Assembly: GCA_963709305.1 (NCBI GenBank)
Contig: CAVPWO010000003.1
Location: 49,760-113,759 of the forward strand
Direction: 5' to 3'
Source: an uncultured Acidobacteriaceae bacterium
Lineage (GTDB): Bacteria > Acidobacteriota > Terriglobia > Terriglobales > Acidobacteriaceae
Length of the DNA stretch: 64,000 nucleotides
Shown here: positions 1-8,579 of the stretch, piece after piece
Position numbering within the stretch: the first letter of the stretch is position 1
How the letters are laid out: every line of letters begins with the position of its first letter
Translations under genes and position numbers: made by a program
The notes under the pieces: model-generated
What the model was told of the DNA's origin: nothing
The model's database searches: none
The model's input: only the letters and a program-made list of their open reading frames with translations

Positions 1-314
1 CCCTCGGCCGCCGCGCGCTCCACCACGCGATCGACGTCGGGAAGGTATACATACAGGCTCACCGGACTTCCGCCGACGGTGGCGGGGCCGGTGTGTCCCT
101 GACCCATGCTGGGATTCTCGTCGGCCAGCATGATGTGCGAGTCGCCGATCTTCAACTCGGCGTGGCCAATCTTGCCGTCCGGGCCATTCATGCGAACAGT
201 TTCCTTGGCTCCGAAGACTTTCTTGTAATACTCAATCGCCTGGGCTGCGCCCTTGATGACTAGATAGGGTGTAACGGAGTTGTAATCCTTTGGGATGTAC
301 GAGACTTTGGTCAT
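1..314 (-). CDS. VOC/glyoxalase-family protein (PhnB-like); C-terminal part lies outside the window
   Basis: Reverse translation from ATG at 312-314 gives MTKVSYIPKDYNSVTPYLVIKGAAQAIEYYKKVFGAKE...HAELKIGDSHIML. A GAGGAG RBS lies just upstream. Clear paralogue of the ORF at 39446-39934. Confidence 0.75.
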   Translation of the reverse strand, partial: MTKVSYIPKDYNSVTPYLVIKGAAQAIEYYKKVFGAKETVRMNGPDGKIGHAELKIGDSHIMLADENPSMGQGHTGPATVGGSPVSLYVYLPDVDRVVERAAAE

Positions 315-550
315 GATTTTTTTCTCCTCAGAAATATAGGCTAAGGGTGGAGGGTGATGGCGCGTATGCTGGAACGCCGGGAGCGATCCAGCACTGTCCT
401 TTATGAGAGCACAATTGGATCGGCAATTCTCAAGACACCCCAGATACGATTTCTAATGCGCTAACACTCACGCTGTTGCGGTAATTCCGACGAGACCGCA
501 CTATCAATCCTGGTTGACGGATATCTGGGCAGGATCGCTTGGACAGAGCG

Positions 551-1480
551 TTAAGGCGCGGCCGGAACACTCATCTGAATCGTTTGCATCCAGATCTCGG
601 CCAGCTTCGGCCACGAAGTAACCGGAAGCTCGGTGCGCCTCAGTCCATAACCGTGGCCGCCATGGGCGTACAGGTGCATCTCGGCTGGTACCTTGGCGTT
701 CTTTAAAGCTTGAAAGTACACGGTGGAGTTCTCCACATGCACCGGATCGTCTTCTGCCTGAACAAGAAAAGTGGGCGGAGTCTGGCCGGTGACATGAATC
801 TCCGGATTCGGAGCAAAGTCCTGGTCCGCGAGAGCCAGATAGCCGGGATAGATGATAACCGCAAAGTCGGGACGGCAGCTGACCTGATCGGCGGCATCGA
901 TGGGATCGTAAAGTCGATGCTCGAAGTGCGTGCTGAGCGCTGCGGCCAGATGAGCGCCAGCAGAAAATCCCAGCACTCCGACGCGATTCGGATCAATGTG
1001 CCAGTCGCTGGCGTGCGAGCGGACAATCCCCAACGCCCGTTGCGCGTCCTGCAGCGCGGCGGAAGACTTGGGATAGGGCCCGGAGTCGGGTACGCGATAT
1101 TTCACCAGCAGGCAGCTGATGCCGACAGAATTCAGCCAGTCGCAAACCTCGGTGCCTTCGAGGTCGATGGCCAGGATGTGGTACCCGCCGCCGGGAAAGA
1201 CGACCACGGCGGCGCCAGTGTTCTTTTGCCGAGGTGTGTAAACGGTAAGTGTGGGAACCGAGACGTTTCCCAGCCGGATGACGGGCTTGCCGGCGATCAG
1301 GTTGTCTTTGGCGGTCGTGGTATCGACCTCCGGAGCCGAATTCGCCGCAGCGCCGGGCGCGCCGTGCGGCCACAGGTTCAGCGTCAAGTGGCCGGAGGCG
1401 GGCTGCCACGCGGGGCTTTGGGCGAACAGGCTGGCAGAGAGAGCAACCACCGCGGCAAGAGCGAGTAAAAGGCGAGGCAT
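551..1480 (-). CDS. secreted alpha/beta-hydrolase (esterase/lipase-like)
   Basis: 309-aa ORF with signal peptide MPRLLLALAAVVALSASLFAQ. It has a GFSAGAH nucleophile elbow (GxSxG) and a C-terminal HGGHGYG motif. Confidence 0.8.
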   Translation of the reverse strand: MPRLLLALAAVVALSASLFAQSPAWQPASGHLTLNLWPHGAPGAAANSAPEVDTTTAKDNLIAGKPVIRLGNVSVPTLTVYTPRQKNTGAAVVVFPGGGYHILAIDLEGTEVCDWLNSVGISCLLVKYRVPDSGPYPKSSAALQDAQRALGIVRSHASDWHIDPNRVGVLGFSAGAHLAAALSTHFEHRLYDPIDAADQVSCRPDFAVIIYPGYLALADQDFAPNPEIHVTGQTPPTFLVQAEDDPVHVENSTVYFQALKNAKVPAEMHLYAHGGHGYGLRRTELPVTSWPKLAEIWMQTIQMSVPAAP

Positions 1481-1786
1481 AATTAATCATCGCAACCGCG
1501 GGGGCAGGTGTGCAACAGTAGAGGTCGCGCACTAGGAACTGAGTATCAGATTCAGGAGGTCCGTTATGGCTGCAAAGAGACGAACCATTCGCTGCGATAC
1601 TGGCGCGGCCGAGAAGTCCGTAGAAACGCCTGGCGCAAAATCCCGGATACACCTAACGTGATTAGCGAGGTTGTCGCGCTTCAACGTTTCCAGGATCTCA
1701 TGAAGAAAAACGCAGGCAAGCTTAAGTTTGCGTCAGAATAGCGCGAATCAACAGCTTCTGCGAAATATGCTAGTTGTGTTTTAAGA

Positions 1787-2656
1787 ATGTCTACCGCCGC
1801 AATCTCGATTCGCCGCCGGGTCCTGGGAAATGCGCGTCACAATCCACTGGCAGCGATTGGCGCGGTGTTGGTCGTTGTGTTCGTGATCTTCGCGTTGTTC
1901 GCGCCGTGGATTGCGCCTCGAGATCCTGCCGCGATCAACTTGCCCGCGCGTCTCGATCGGCCATCGTCCGCGCACTGGTTCGGTACCGATGAACTGGGCC
2001 GCGACATCTTCTCTCGGATCATTTACGGCGCGCGCATCTCGATGCTCGTCGGCAGCTGCGTCGTCTTGGCATCGCTGACTCTCGGACTGATCATCGGCTC
2101 GATCGCAGGCTACTACGGAGGCGGGATCGACCGCTTCGTTAACGTCGTCTTAATGAATGCATTTCTTTCGTTTCCGGGAATTCTGCTGGCGATCGCGTTC
2201 ATCGCCTTCCGCGGCCCGGGCATTTTTAATCTTGTGCTCGCGCTGTCGCTGGGCGGATGGGTGGGCTACGCGCGCCTGGTTCGTGGACAAGTTCTCGCCG
2301 CTCGCGAACGCGAATACGTCGAAGCCGCTCGCGCCCTGGGCGCCAGCGATCTGCGCATCATCGTCCGCCACATTCTGCCGAATATTATTCAGCCTGTCGT
2401 GGTCCAAGCCGCCATCGGCATGGCCGGCGCTATCTTGGCCGAAGCGACCATGAGTTTTCTCGGCTTGGGCGTTCCACCGCCCACTGCCAGCTGGGGAGCC
2501 ATGCTTAATGACGGTCGCGCCCATCTGTTCGACGCGCCGCATCTGGTGCTCTTTCCCGCGCTCGCCGTGATGCTGGCCGTGCTCAGCTTCAACTTTATTG
2601 GCGACGCCTTGCGCGATTACCTCGACCCCCGCTCGCGCATCGAAGCCGGACTCTGA
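1787..2656 (+). CDS. ABC peptide/nickel-type transporter permease (OppC/DppC family), orphan
   Basis: 289-aa multi-TM ORF with an EAA-type loop (EAARALGASDLRIIVRHILPN) and the C-terminal NFIGDALRDYLDPR motif typical of OppC/DppC. No partner permease, ATPase or binding-protein gene is adjacent. Confidence 0.85.
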   Translation: MSTAAISIRRRVLGNARHNPLAAIGAVLVVVFVIFALFAPWIAPRDPAAINLPARLDRPSSAHWFGTDELGRDIFSRIIYGARISMLVGSCVVLASLTLGLIIGSIAGYYGGGIDRFVNVVLMNAFLSFPGILLAIAFIAFRGPGIFNLVLALSLGGWVGYARLVRGQVLAAREREYVEAARALGASDLRIIVRHILPNIIQPVVVQAAIGMAGAILAEATMSFLGLGVPPPTASWGAMLNDGRAHLFDAPHLVLFPALAVMLAVLSFNFIGDALRDYLDPRSRIEAGL

Positions 2657-2721
2657 GATCCCTCGTCGCACTCGGGATTTCGGCTGCGGGCTCCCGCTTC
2701 GCTCACGCCCGCAAAACGCCT

Positions 2722-2788
2722 CAACTTTATTGGCGACGCTCTCCGCGATTACCTCGACCCCCGCTCGCGCATCGAAGCCGGACTCTAG
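2722..2788 (+). repeat. ghost copy of the last 67 nt (21 codons plus stop) of the permease gene
   Basis: 2722-2788 repeats 2590-2656 almost exactly. The internal differences are synonymous (gcc ttg cgc vs gct ctc cgc, both A-L-R), and the stop differs (TGA vs TAG). Confidence 0.9.
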
Positions 2789-2939
2789 CTCAGGGCGAGA
2801 TTCCCAAAAGCTTCCAACTGCTGCAAACCAAAGCACATAAAAATCGCGCAACATTTCTTTACACTTCGGGTTCCTGATTGACGTGGCCACACTGCAGCAG
2901 AAATAGAAAATAAAAAACGATTCGACGGAGACGATTCCA

Positions 2940-3542
2940 ATGAAGACCAGGACGACGCTGCTCAGCACCATGCTGGCACTTCTCACTTTGCCAGTTGTGG
3001 CCCAAACCACCACTCCCACTCCGGTTACCGGACAATCTATTCAAGACCGCAAGGAAAATCAGCAGGATCGCATCGCCAACGGCGTTAAAAGCGGCGAACT
3101 TACCGCCGGCGAAACCGCCAACCTGGAGAAAAAAGAGTCGAGCGTGAATCAGGAAGAGCGTGACATGCGCAAACTGGACAATGGCAAGCTGACTACGCAG
3201 GATAAAGCCACGCTCAACCAGCAGCAGAATCAGCTTTCCAAACAGATTTACCAGGACAAGCACAACTCGGCCGTGCAGAATGCCGACCCCAAGAGCGAAG
3301 TCGGAAAGCGCGCCGAAAATCAGCAAGACCGCATCGCGCAAGGCGTCAAGAGTGGACAGTTGACGGCCGGTGAAACCGCACATCTGGAAAAAAACGAAGC
3401 CAAGGTCAACCAGGAAGTGCGCAGCGACCGGCAAGCCAACGGCGGCAAGCTGACTCCACAGGAGAAGGCCAAAGTCAACCGTCAGCAGAATCGCCAGTCG
3501 CGCCAGATCTATCGCGACAAGCACAACGGCCGTCACCAATAG
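2940..3542 (+). CDS. secreted Q/K/E-rich protein with two ~75-aa internal repeats, function unknown
   Basis: 200-aa ORF with signal peptide MKTRTTLLSTMLALLTLPVVAQ. The repeat unit ENQQDRIAxGVKSGxLTAGETAxLEK...NGGKLTxQxKAxxNxQQNxxSxQIYxDKHN occurs twice. Confidence 0.7.
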   Translation: MKTRTTLLSTMLALLTLPVVAQTTTPTPVTGQSIQDRKENQQDRIANGVKSGELTAGETANLEKKESSVNQEERDMRKLDNGKLTTQDKATLNQQQNQLSKQIYQDKHNSAVQNADPKSEVGKRAENQQDRIAQGVKSGQLTAGETAHLEKNEAKVNQEVRSDRQANGGKLTPQEKAKVNRQQNRQSRQIYRDKHNGRHQ

Positions 3543-3575
3543 CCGGGATTCGGCGCCGGGAAGCGTAATGCTTGG

Positions 3576-3609
3576 AAAGCCCTCGCGATAGCCGGGGGCT
3601 TTTGTTTTT
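3576..3609 (+). terminator. rho-independent terminator
   Basis: Stem aaagccc/gggcttt followed by tttgttttt, immediately after the stop at 3542. Confidence 0.6.
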
Positions 3610-3653
3610 CCACGAGATCCTGTAACCGGCTGATAATAAGGTAAATACCGGTC

Positions 3654-3682
3654 TTGACATGAATCGCAAATTGCAATACTAT
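3654..3682 (+). promoter_or_regulatory. sigma70-type promoter for the XRE/NfeD/flotillin cluster
   Basis: TTGACA (3654-3659), a 17-nt spacer, then TACTAT (3677-3682). The spacer contains the small palindrome GCAA-A-TTGC. It lies 36 nt upstream of the ATG at 3718. Confidence 0.55.
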
Positions 3683-3717
3683 TATGTCGATTTGGAATAC
3701 AGCCTGAGAGCGGGCCG

Positions 3718-4278
3718 ATGAAGCTGGGCGAGAAAATTCGCTACCTGCGCGAAGTGGAAGGATCGCTGCGCGGTCTCGGCCGCCCCATGACGCAATTGGA
3801 ACTGGTGCGCGCCATCCGCGAAGAGTTGGGGAAAGGTCGCTCTAGCAGAGGGCGCTCTAACCAGGCGAAGACCATCAGCCAGTCGTACCTCTCGCAGATC
3901 GAGAACGGAGCCCGTCCGCACATGACGCAATCCTCACGCGCGCTGCTGGCGAAATTTTTTAAAGTGCATCCCGGCTTTCTGGTGGATGACCCCGAGGGCT
4001 ATCACGCGGAGCTGACTTCGGATCTGCGTACGACCGAAGGCCAGCTCGATGTCTGGCTGTTGCAAGGTTCGGAACGATTCGCGAGCGACCCGGAGGTCAG
4101 CGATGTGCTGATCAAAGCCGCGCGTGAAAAAGATACGCGGCGGGCATTGTTGCTGTTGGGCGCGATTCTCGACACGCCGGGACTGGCCGACCGCTTATTG
4201 GAAGCGTTGCGGCCGGAGTTGGGCGCGGGCGGCAACCATCGTAGTTCCGCGAGCGCGGAAGGGAGGCGAATCCGATGA
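3718..4278 (+). CDS. XRE-family helix-turn-helix transcriptional regulator with an uncharacterised C-terminal domain
   Basis: 186-aa ORF carrying the ISQSYLSQIENGARP recognition-helix motif of Cro/C1-type HTH. Its stop overlaps the next start (ATGA at 4275-4278). Confidence 0.8.
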   Translation: MKLGEKIRYLREVEGSLRGLGRPMTQLELVRAIREELGKGRSSRGRSNQAKTISQSYLSQIENGARPHMTQSSRALLAKFFKVHPGFLVDDPEGYHAELTSDLRTTEGQLDVWLLQGSERFASDPEVSDVLIKAAREKDTRRALLLLGAILDTPGLADRLLEALRPELGAGGNHRSSASAEGRRIR

Positions 4279-4946
4279 CGCCGACAAGGTTGGATTGGTC
4301 AGATTTCTACCTGATTTGCTTCGCGGTCGGTTTTTGCTTCAGCTTCTTTTCGTTCGTGTTTGGAGGAGCGCGCTTCGGCCGACTGCATCTGCCGCATTTT
4401 CACGGACACTCTGGTGCGCCGGCGCACCTTCCGGTTGCCGGCGGGCCCGCGGGATCGCATTCGCCGGTCGCCCATCAAACGGCGCACGGCAGCAGCGTTT
4501 CGCCCTTCAACCCGCCGTCCCTGGCTGCATTTCTGGCGTGGTTTGGGGGCACAGGATATTTGCTCACCCGCTTTTCGTCGGTCTGGGTGGGCCTGGGCCT
4601 TCTGCTGTCGGTGCTCAGCGGAATTGTCGGCGGAGGAATTATTTTTCTTTTCCTCAGTCGAGTTCTGATGTCGGACGACGAGAACATCGACCCCGCCGAC
4701 TACGACATGGTGGGCGTGCTGGGCCGACTATGCGTTCCCATCCGCGAAGGCGGGACGGGTGAGATCCTTTATTCGCAGGCTGGCACGCGCCGGGTTTGCG
4801 GCGCTCGCAGCGAAGACGGCAGTGCCATCGCCAAGGGGACCGAGGTCGTCGTCACGCGATATGAGAAGGGCATTGCTTATGTCCGCCTGTGGAGCGAAAT
4901 GTCTGGAGAAAGTGACTCCGAAACCGCGGGCACGGTTGGAAGCTGA
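4275..4946 (+). CDS. NfeD/YqiJ-like membrane protein (flotillin partner)
   Basis: 223-aa ORF with N-terminal TM segments and a C-terminal soluble OB-fold-like segment (GTGEILYSQAGTRRVCGARSEDGSAIAKGTEVVVTRYEKGIAYV). It sits upstream of a flotillin gene, as in yqiJK and yuaFG. Confidence 0.8.
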   Translation: MTPTRLDWSDFYLICFAVGFCFSFFSFVFGGARFGRLHLPHFHGHSGAPAHLPVAGGPAGSHSPVAHQTAHGSSVSPFNPPSLAAFLAWFGGTGYLLTRFSSVWVGLGLLLSVLSGIVGGGIIFLFLSRVLMSDDENIDPADYDMVGVLGRLCVPIREGGTGEILYSQAGTRRVCGARSEDGSAIAKGTEVVVTRYEKGIAYVRLWSEMSGESDSETAGTVGS

Positions 4947-4990
4947 ACCACAACAGAGCACGGTGTAGAAACAGTGCGCCTGGAGACTCT

Positions 4991-5410
4991 ATGAATCGAC
5001 GTTGCTACACACTGGCGACCTGGCTGATGTGGCTGACTCTGCCCCTCACGGCATTGACCTACCTGCGCGTCTGGGGACGCTTGCCGAGGCGGATGGCGGT
5101 GCACTTCGATGCCAACTGGCAGCCCGACGGCTACACCTCGCGGGAAGGCGCGCTGCTGCTCGCGCTTGGCATTGTCGCCTTCATGCTCGTACTGTTCACA
5201 GTCGCGTCCTACGCAGTCCGAACCAATAAACCGAATTCCGCATGGCCGTTGATGGTGGTTTTCTATGTGACGCTGACGACGCTTTATCTGGTCAATAACT
5301 GGATCGCCCAGCGCAACCTCGCTGCGCATTCCTCAAGATCAGTGCCATGCACAACCATTCCCCACGGAGGTCAGTCCGCAAAACTGATCGCTCTTCAACT
5401 GCATTCGTAA
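4991..5410 (+). CDS. DUF1648-like small membrane protein
   Basis: 139-aa ORF with 3-4 TM segments and the LPRRMAVHFDANWQPDGY motif characteristic of DUF1648. Confidence 0.65.
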   Translation: MNRRCYTLATWLMWLTLPLTALTYLRVWGRLPRRMAVHFDANWQPDGYTSREGALLLALGIVAFMLVLFTVASYAVRTNKPNSAWPLMVVFYVTLTTLYLVNNWIAQRNLAAHSSRSVPCTTIPHGGQSAKLIALQLHS

Positions 5411-5422
5411 CAGGAGGCGTTT

Positions 5423-6865
5423 ATGTTCAGTGGAGTCTCGAGCATCGTTCAAATCTGGATTTTCGTTGGGCTGGGAGTGATGGTCATCCTGTTCCTCATG
5501 AGCGGAATGGCCCGGCTCTATCGCAAAGCAGGGCCGCACGAGGCACTCATCGTGTACGGCCTGGGCGGGACGCGGGTGGTGCAGGGACACGGCACGCTGG
5601 TGCTGCCCATGGTGCAGATCTGCCGCGATCTGTCGCTGGAATTGATGTCGTTCGACGTGGCGCCGCAGCAGGATTTGTACACCAAGCAAGGCGTCGCGGT
5701 GACGGTCGAAGCCGTGGCGCAAATCAAGGTCAAGTCCGATCGTGAGTCGGTTCTGACCGCGGCCGAACAGTTCCTCACCAAGAGCGACCAGGAGCGCGAA
5801 GGCCTGATCCGTCTGGTGATGGAAGGCCACCTGCGCGGCATCATCGGCCAACTCACGGTGGAAGAAATCGTCAAGCAGCCGGAGATGGTTTCAGACCGCA
5901 TGCGCGGGACATGCGCCGAGGACATGAACAAGATGGGCCTGGAAGTGATCTCGTTCACCATCAAGGAAGTGCGCGACAAGAACGAATACATCACTAACAT
6001 GGGCAAGCCCGACGTGGCTCGCATCAAGCGCGACGCCGATGTCGCTACCGCGGAAGCCGACCGCGATACCGCGATCAAGCGTGCGCTGGCGCAGCGGGAA
6101 TCGGCCGTGGCCAAGGCGCAGGCTGATCAGGAGCGCGTGCTCGCAGAAACCTTGTCGCTGGCCAAGCAGGCCGAATCGCAGCGCGACCTGGAGATCAAGA
6201 AGGCGCAGTACCTGGAGGTCACCAAACGCCAGCAGGCGCAGGCTGACAAGGCTTACGACATCCAGACCAACATCATGCAGCAGCAAGTGATCGCCGAACA
6301 GGTGAAGGTGCAGCAGATCGAAAAAGAGCAGCAGGTGAAGGTGCAGGAAGCGGAAATCAATCGCCGGGAGAAAGAGTTGATCGCAACCGTGCTGAAGCCG
6401 GCTGAAATCGAGCGTCAGAGAATTGAGACACTCGCTGCGGCCGAGAAGCAGCGACTGATCGCGGAAGCGGAAGGGCAGGCGTCGTCGATTCGCGCCCAAG
6501 GCGAGGCCGAAGCCGAAATCATCTTTAAGAAAGGTGAGTCCGAAGCCAAAGCGATGAACGTGAAAGCCGAGGCGTATCAGGAATACAACCAGGCGGCAGT
6601 GATCGACAAACTGTTCGCCAGCATGCCCGAGATCGTCAAGGCGTTGGCGGCTCCGCTCGCCAACGTCGACAAGATCACCATCGTCTCCACCGGAAACGGC
6701 GAAGCCGCAGGCATGAACAAAATCACGGGCGACATCACCAAGATGGCGGCGCAAGTGCCCGCATTGTTCGAGACCCTCTCGGGCATGCCGCTATCGGAGT
6801 TGCTGGGCAAGGTCCGCCAGATCGGCGACAAAGCCCTGAAGCCGGCAGAGACGCCGAAGAACTAG
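5423..6865 (+). CDS. flotillin (SPFH/band-7 family, FloT/YqiK-like)
   Basis: 480-aa ORF with an N-terminal TM segment, an SPFH domain and a long EA-rich coiled-coil (flotillin repeats). Confidence 0.9.
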   Translation: MFSGVSSIVQIWIFVGLGVMVILFLMSGMARLYRKAGPHEALIVYGLGGTRVVQGHGTLVLPMVQICRDLSLELMSFDVAPQQDLYTKQGVAVTVEAVAQIKVKSDRESVLTAAEQFLTKSDQEREGLIRLVMEGHLRGIIGQLTVEEIVKQPEMVSDRMRGTCAEDMNKMGLEVISFTIKEVRDKNEYITNMGKPDVARIKRDADVATAEADRDTAIKRALAQRESAVAKAQADQERVLAETLSLAKQAESQRDLEIKKAQYLEVTKRQQAQADKAYDIQTNIMQQQVIAEQVKVQQIEKEQQVKVQEAEINRREKELIATVLKPAEIERQRIETLAAAEKQRLIAEAEGQASSIRAQGEAEAEIIFKKGESEAKAMNVKAEAYQEYNQAAVIDKLFASMPEIVKALAAPLANVDKITIVSTGNGEAAGMNKITGDITKMAAQVPALFETLSGMPLSELLGKVRQIGDKALKPAETPKN

Positions 6866-6883
6866 CGAGGGGTGCACGTGAAT

Positions 6884-6961
6884 CGGCTTCCGGCGGCCAA
6901 CTTCCGGGGATTATCAATTCTGGGTGCCGGAAGCCGGAAAGCGGAAGGCGGCAGGAGCAAG
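6884..6961. repeat. inverted heptanucleotide word arrays
   Basis: cggcttccgg (6884-6893) is the exact reverse complement of ccggaagccg (6927-6936). Tandem heptads ccggaag ccggaaa gcggaag gcggcag follow. The block starts 19 nt after the flotillin stop. Confidence 0.8.
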
Positions 6962-6964
6962 GTT

Positions 6965-7177
6965 ATGACTAACAAATCGAAACTCAACGGATTTGGCATA
7001 GTACTGGGAGCGGCACTGGGCGCGGTTCTCGGGATTGTAGCTGGGCACGTCGGCATCTGGCTGGCCATCGGCGTCGCGATCGGCGTGTTACTCGGCGCCA
7101 CACTCCGCCGCAAACAGACGCAGTGCCCGCAGTGCGCCCAGCTCCACCGCATACACGAAGTGAACAGGCAGGTCTGA
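6965..7177 (+). CDS. small glycine-zipper membrane protein with C-terminal CxxC
   Basis: Internal ATG of the 6872-7177 ORF gives MTNKSKLNGFGIVLGAALGAVLGIVAGHVGIWLAIGVAIGVLLG...CPQC. The upstream part of that ORF is repeat DNA. Confidence 0.45.
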   Translation: MTNKSKLNGFGIVLGAALGAVLGIVAGHVGIWLAIGVAIGVLLGATLRRKQTQCPQCAQLHRIHEVNRQV

Positions 7178-7202
7178 GGCGCAATTTAAGGTCTCAAGAA
7201 AG

Positions 7203-7222
7203 TAGCTGACAGCTGATAGCTA
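7203..7222. repeat. heptanucleotide word array (agctgac agctgat agctag)
   Basis: Near-palindromic array centred on cagctg, lying between the small membrane ORF and pspA. Confidence 0.7.
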
Positions 7223-7243
7223 GATAAAGAAAAGGAGTTCATC

Positions 7244-7903
7244 ATGGCATTACTGGAGCGCGTTTCCACACTAGTCCGAGCCAACCTCAACGACCTGATC
7301 GACAAGGCCGAGGAGCCGGAAAAAATGATCAAGCAGGTTATTCTCGACATGCAGAACCAGTTATTGCAGGTCAAAACGCAGGTGGCGATTGCCATTGCCG
7401 ACCAGCACCTGCTGGAAAAAAAGCAGAAAGAAAACGAGAACAAAGTAGCGGAGTGGATGCGCAAAGCCGAACTCGCCGTCGACAAAAAAGAAGACGACCT
7501 TGCGCGCGCCTCGTTGCTGCGCGTGGAAAGCTATCGCGAACTCAGCGAGAATTTCACACAGCAGGTCTCGGACCAGAAGGCGCAAGTGGAGAATCTGAAA
7601 TCCGCCCTGCGTCAACTGGAACAAAAGCTTACCGAGGCTCAGGCCAAGGCCGACGTGCTGATTGCACAGCATCGCCGCGCCCGCGCCGTGGGCAAGGCCA
7701 GCGACGCGCGCATGGCGTCAGGCGATGGCTCAAAGACTGCAGCCTTCGATCGGATGAAGCGCAAAGTGGCGCACTCGGAGGCGGTGAGCCAGGCCAAGTC
7801 GGAAATAGCCGGCGACAACCTCGAAGACCGCCTGGCCGCGCTCGGCAAAGAAGACCGCATCGAGCAACTGCTGGCCGAGTTGAAGACCAAGCGCGGAGCG
7901 TGA
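7244..7903 (+). CDS. pspA: PspA/IM30 family protein (phage shock protein A)
   Basis: 219-aa ORF starting MALLERVSTLVRANLNDLIDKAEEPEKMIKQVILDMQNQL, a typical PspA N-terminus and coiled coil. An AAGGAG RBS is present. Confidence 0.9.
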   Translation: MALLERVSTLVRANLNDLIDKAEEPEKMIKQVILDMQNQLLQVKTQVAIAIADQHLLEKKQKENENKVAEWMRKAELAVDKKEDDLARASLLRVESYRELSENFTQQVSDQKAQVENLKSALRQLEQKLTEAQAKADVLIAQHRRARAVGKASDARMASGDGSKTAAFDRMKRKVAHSEAVSQAKSEIAGDNLEDRLAALGKEDRIEQLLAELKTKRGA

Positions 7904-8016
7904 GGGTTTTATTCCAGCGTCTTTTATTGAGGCGTAGTTCGGCGATCTCGGCTCGCCGCGGCACCCTATCGCGCACCGCACGCACGAACCGCCGTCGTAA
8001 ACAGAGGAGAATGTTT

Positions 8017-8448
8017 ATGAAAGTCAGGATCGAACGCTGGGCCTTCACCCTTTTTGTCGCCTTGCTGCTAGGTGCGGCAGCAGACGCCCAAGCTGCGCAA
8101 ACGCCAGAACAGCTCGCCCAACAATCCTCCACTTCGTGGTTGGCTCTCGTCGACTCAGGAAAGTGGGCGGAGAGTTGGGATGAGGCTGCCCAATTTTTTA
8201 AGGCGGCCGTCACCAAAGATCAGTGGCTAAGCTCGTTGGGCACAGTTCGCACGCCTCTCGGCAAGGTCTTATCGCGAAAGCTTAAGACCGCCACGTATAC
8301 CAAAACGCTGCCAGGAGCCCCCGATGGAGAATATGTGAAAATTCAGTACGACACCAGCTTTGAGCATAAACAAGCGGCAGTCGAGACCGTAGTCCCAATG
8401 CTCGATAAGGACGGCAAATGGAGAATTTCTGGATACTTCATCAAGTAG
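8017..8448 (+). CDS. secreted DUF4019-like protein
   Basis: ATG at 8017 lies 7 nt after AGGAGA. Signal peptide MKVRIERWAFTLFVALLLGAAADAQA. The pattern WLALVDSGKWAESW...WRISGYFI matches DUF4019. The longer 7453 ORF start overlaps pspA and is rejected. Confidence 0.7.
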   Translation: MKVRIERWAFTLFVALLLGAAADAQAAQTPEQLAQQSSTSWLALVDSGKWAESWDEAAQFFKAAVTKDQWLSSLGTVRTPLGKVLSRKLKTATYTKTLPGAPDGEYVKIQYDTSFEHKQAAVETVVPMLDKDGKWRISGYFIK

Positions 8449-8579
8449 AATCAATTTCGAGTCGAGTCTCTCAACAGTTGGCGGACCCGGAGTGGGGCGG
8501 TACATCCATTGACGGGCCTGCCTGCATCTCTCTATTCTCGTAGTGAATTCTCATAGTGATCTCATTTGAAGGACGGTAC

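Noticed and set aside
1508-1741. 77-aa ORF in the divergent spacer between the esterase and the permease.
   Set aside because: It has no RBS, no motif and an odd composition. The region is more likely a promoter region.
7453-8016. 5' extension of the DUF4019 ORF (331-aa version) overlapping pspA.
   Set aside because: The extension is an out-of-frame read-through of pspA with an Arg-rich nonsense composition. A good RBS and signal peptide begin at 8017.
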